Source: Basidiobolus meristosporus CBS 931.73
Lineage: Eukaryota; Fungi; Basidiobolomycota
Length of the DNA: 64,000 bases
Assembly (NCBI GenBank): GCA_002104905.1
Contig: MCFE01000068.1
Span: forward strand, 62,001 to 126,000
Reading direction: 5' to 3'
The translations under genes were made by a program, and so were the position numbers. A model generated the notes under the pieces. It searched no databases. It was not told where the DNA came from and was given only the letters and a program-made list of their open reading frames with translations. Shown here piece after piece: positions 63,307 through 64,000 of the stretch (positions are counted from its first letter, which is position 1; each line of letters begins with the position of its first letter).

Positions 63307-63872
63307 ATGTATACAACTAGGCAAAGTCCAGCATGTTGTGCTAGAACTAAGCACATGAATATTAGTCACCATTTCATCAAGGAAGCTACAAAAGTAATAT
63401 GTTAACTTAGTTCACTGTCCTACAGATGAAATGATTGCACACATATTTTCTGTACCATAAACTAGAGACAAATATGAATATCTTAGACTACAATTATCAC
63501 TAGTTAATACAAGTATTTAGTTGGGTGGGAGTGTTGTAAGTTTTGTAAATATACCTGAATATTCACCTAACTTGGTCACTTAGATCATTACCTACAAATC
63601 TCAGAGAATTCTAACCAAATTCTTTGTTGATTTACTTAGAATATTTTCACTAAATATCAGATACCAAGGACATGAAATATCTCCAAGTTGTCCAAAAAGC
63701 CACAAACTTTGCACACATGCTCTTAGGACCTTCCCAAACCTCTTCTATGTGTTATTTGGGCAAGGCCATGTTAAAGTATAAATACTACTTTGACATTTAA
63801 CAAACCAGTCAATGAAAACCATACTACCTACTTGTCCTCATCACTTCCAATATCTGCAAGACTCTTACAACA
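63307..63872 (+). mobile_element. copia-B 3' remnant (RNase H end, PPT, LTR 63532-63872)
   Basis: ARTKHMNISHHF, VHCPTDEMIA; PPT GTTGGGTGGGAG; LTR TGTTGTAAG...CTTACAACA. Confidence 0.85.
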
Positions 63873-64000
63873 TAGTATTCCAGAGCTTTGACCATGCCTA
63901 AAGACTTTTCCAGTGAGAGTACTGAAGTTGGAGACCAAGGATGTGGTGGTGAACCAGAATACCTTCAATAATCCTAAGTCTGCTCACAACATCCTTCCAT

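Noticed and set aside
1-64000. Species assignment (e.g. Entomophthorales or rust fungi)
   Set aside because: TE content and CpG loss are compatible with several large-genome fungi; no marker gene is present.

Overview
Eukaryotic, probably fungal, transposon-dense region. No host gene, RNA gene or CRISPR array is recognisable, and almost every base belongs to nested, decayed mobile elements. GC is about 40% by eye and CpG is very strongly depleted. Main components: (1) about a dozen copies or fragments of one CMC/CACTA (EnSpm-like) DNA transposon family with CCCTATGAAA termini, a Transposase_21-type gene and a head-to-head second gene of about 620 codons that I cannot assign; (2) two Ty1/copia families (A and B), both with half-tRNA-iMet PBSs and each forming a three-LTR array bounded by one 5-bp TSD; (3) three pieces of one Ty3/gypsy family; (4) five solo LTRs with verifiable TSDs; (5) a 3.24-kb PIF/Harbinger-superfamily (Pangu-like) element with an AAT TSD, plus a 734-bp near-perfect foldback element with the same termini and TSD; (6) a LINE RT fragment; (7) one unexplained stretch of about 1.2 kb with a CpG-rich, palindrome-dense promoter-like patch and a CCCCTTTA higher-order satellite. 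Nine insertions have readable TSDs, which gives an internal chronology. Best candidates for undescribed biology: the CMC second gene, the Pangu-like element with its foldback partner, the tandem copia arrays and the CpG island plus satellite. All family assignments come from recognising motifs by eye; no database searches were run.
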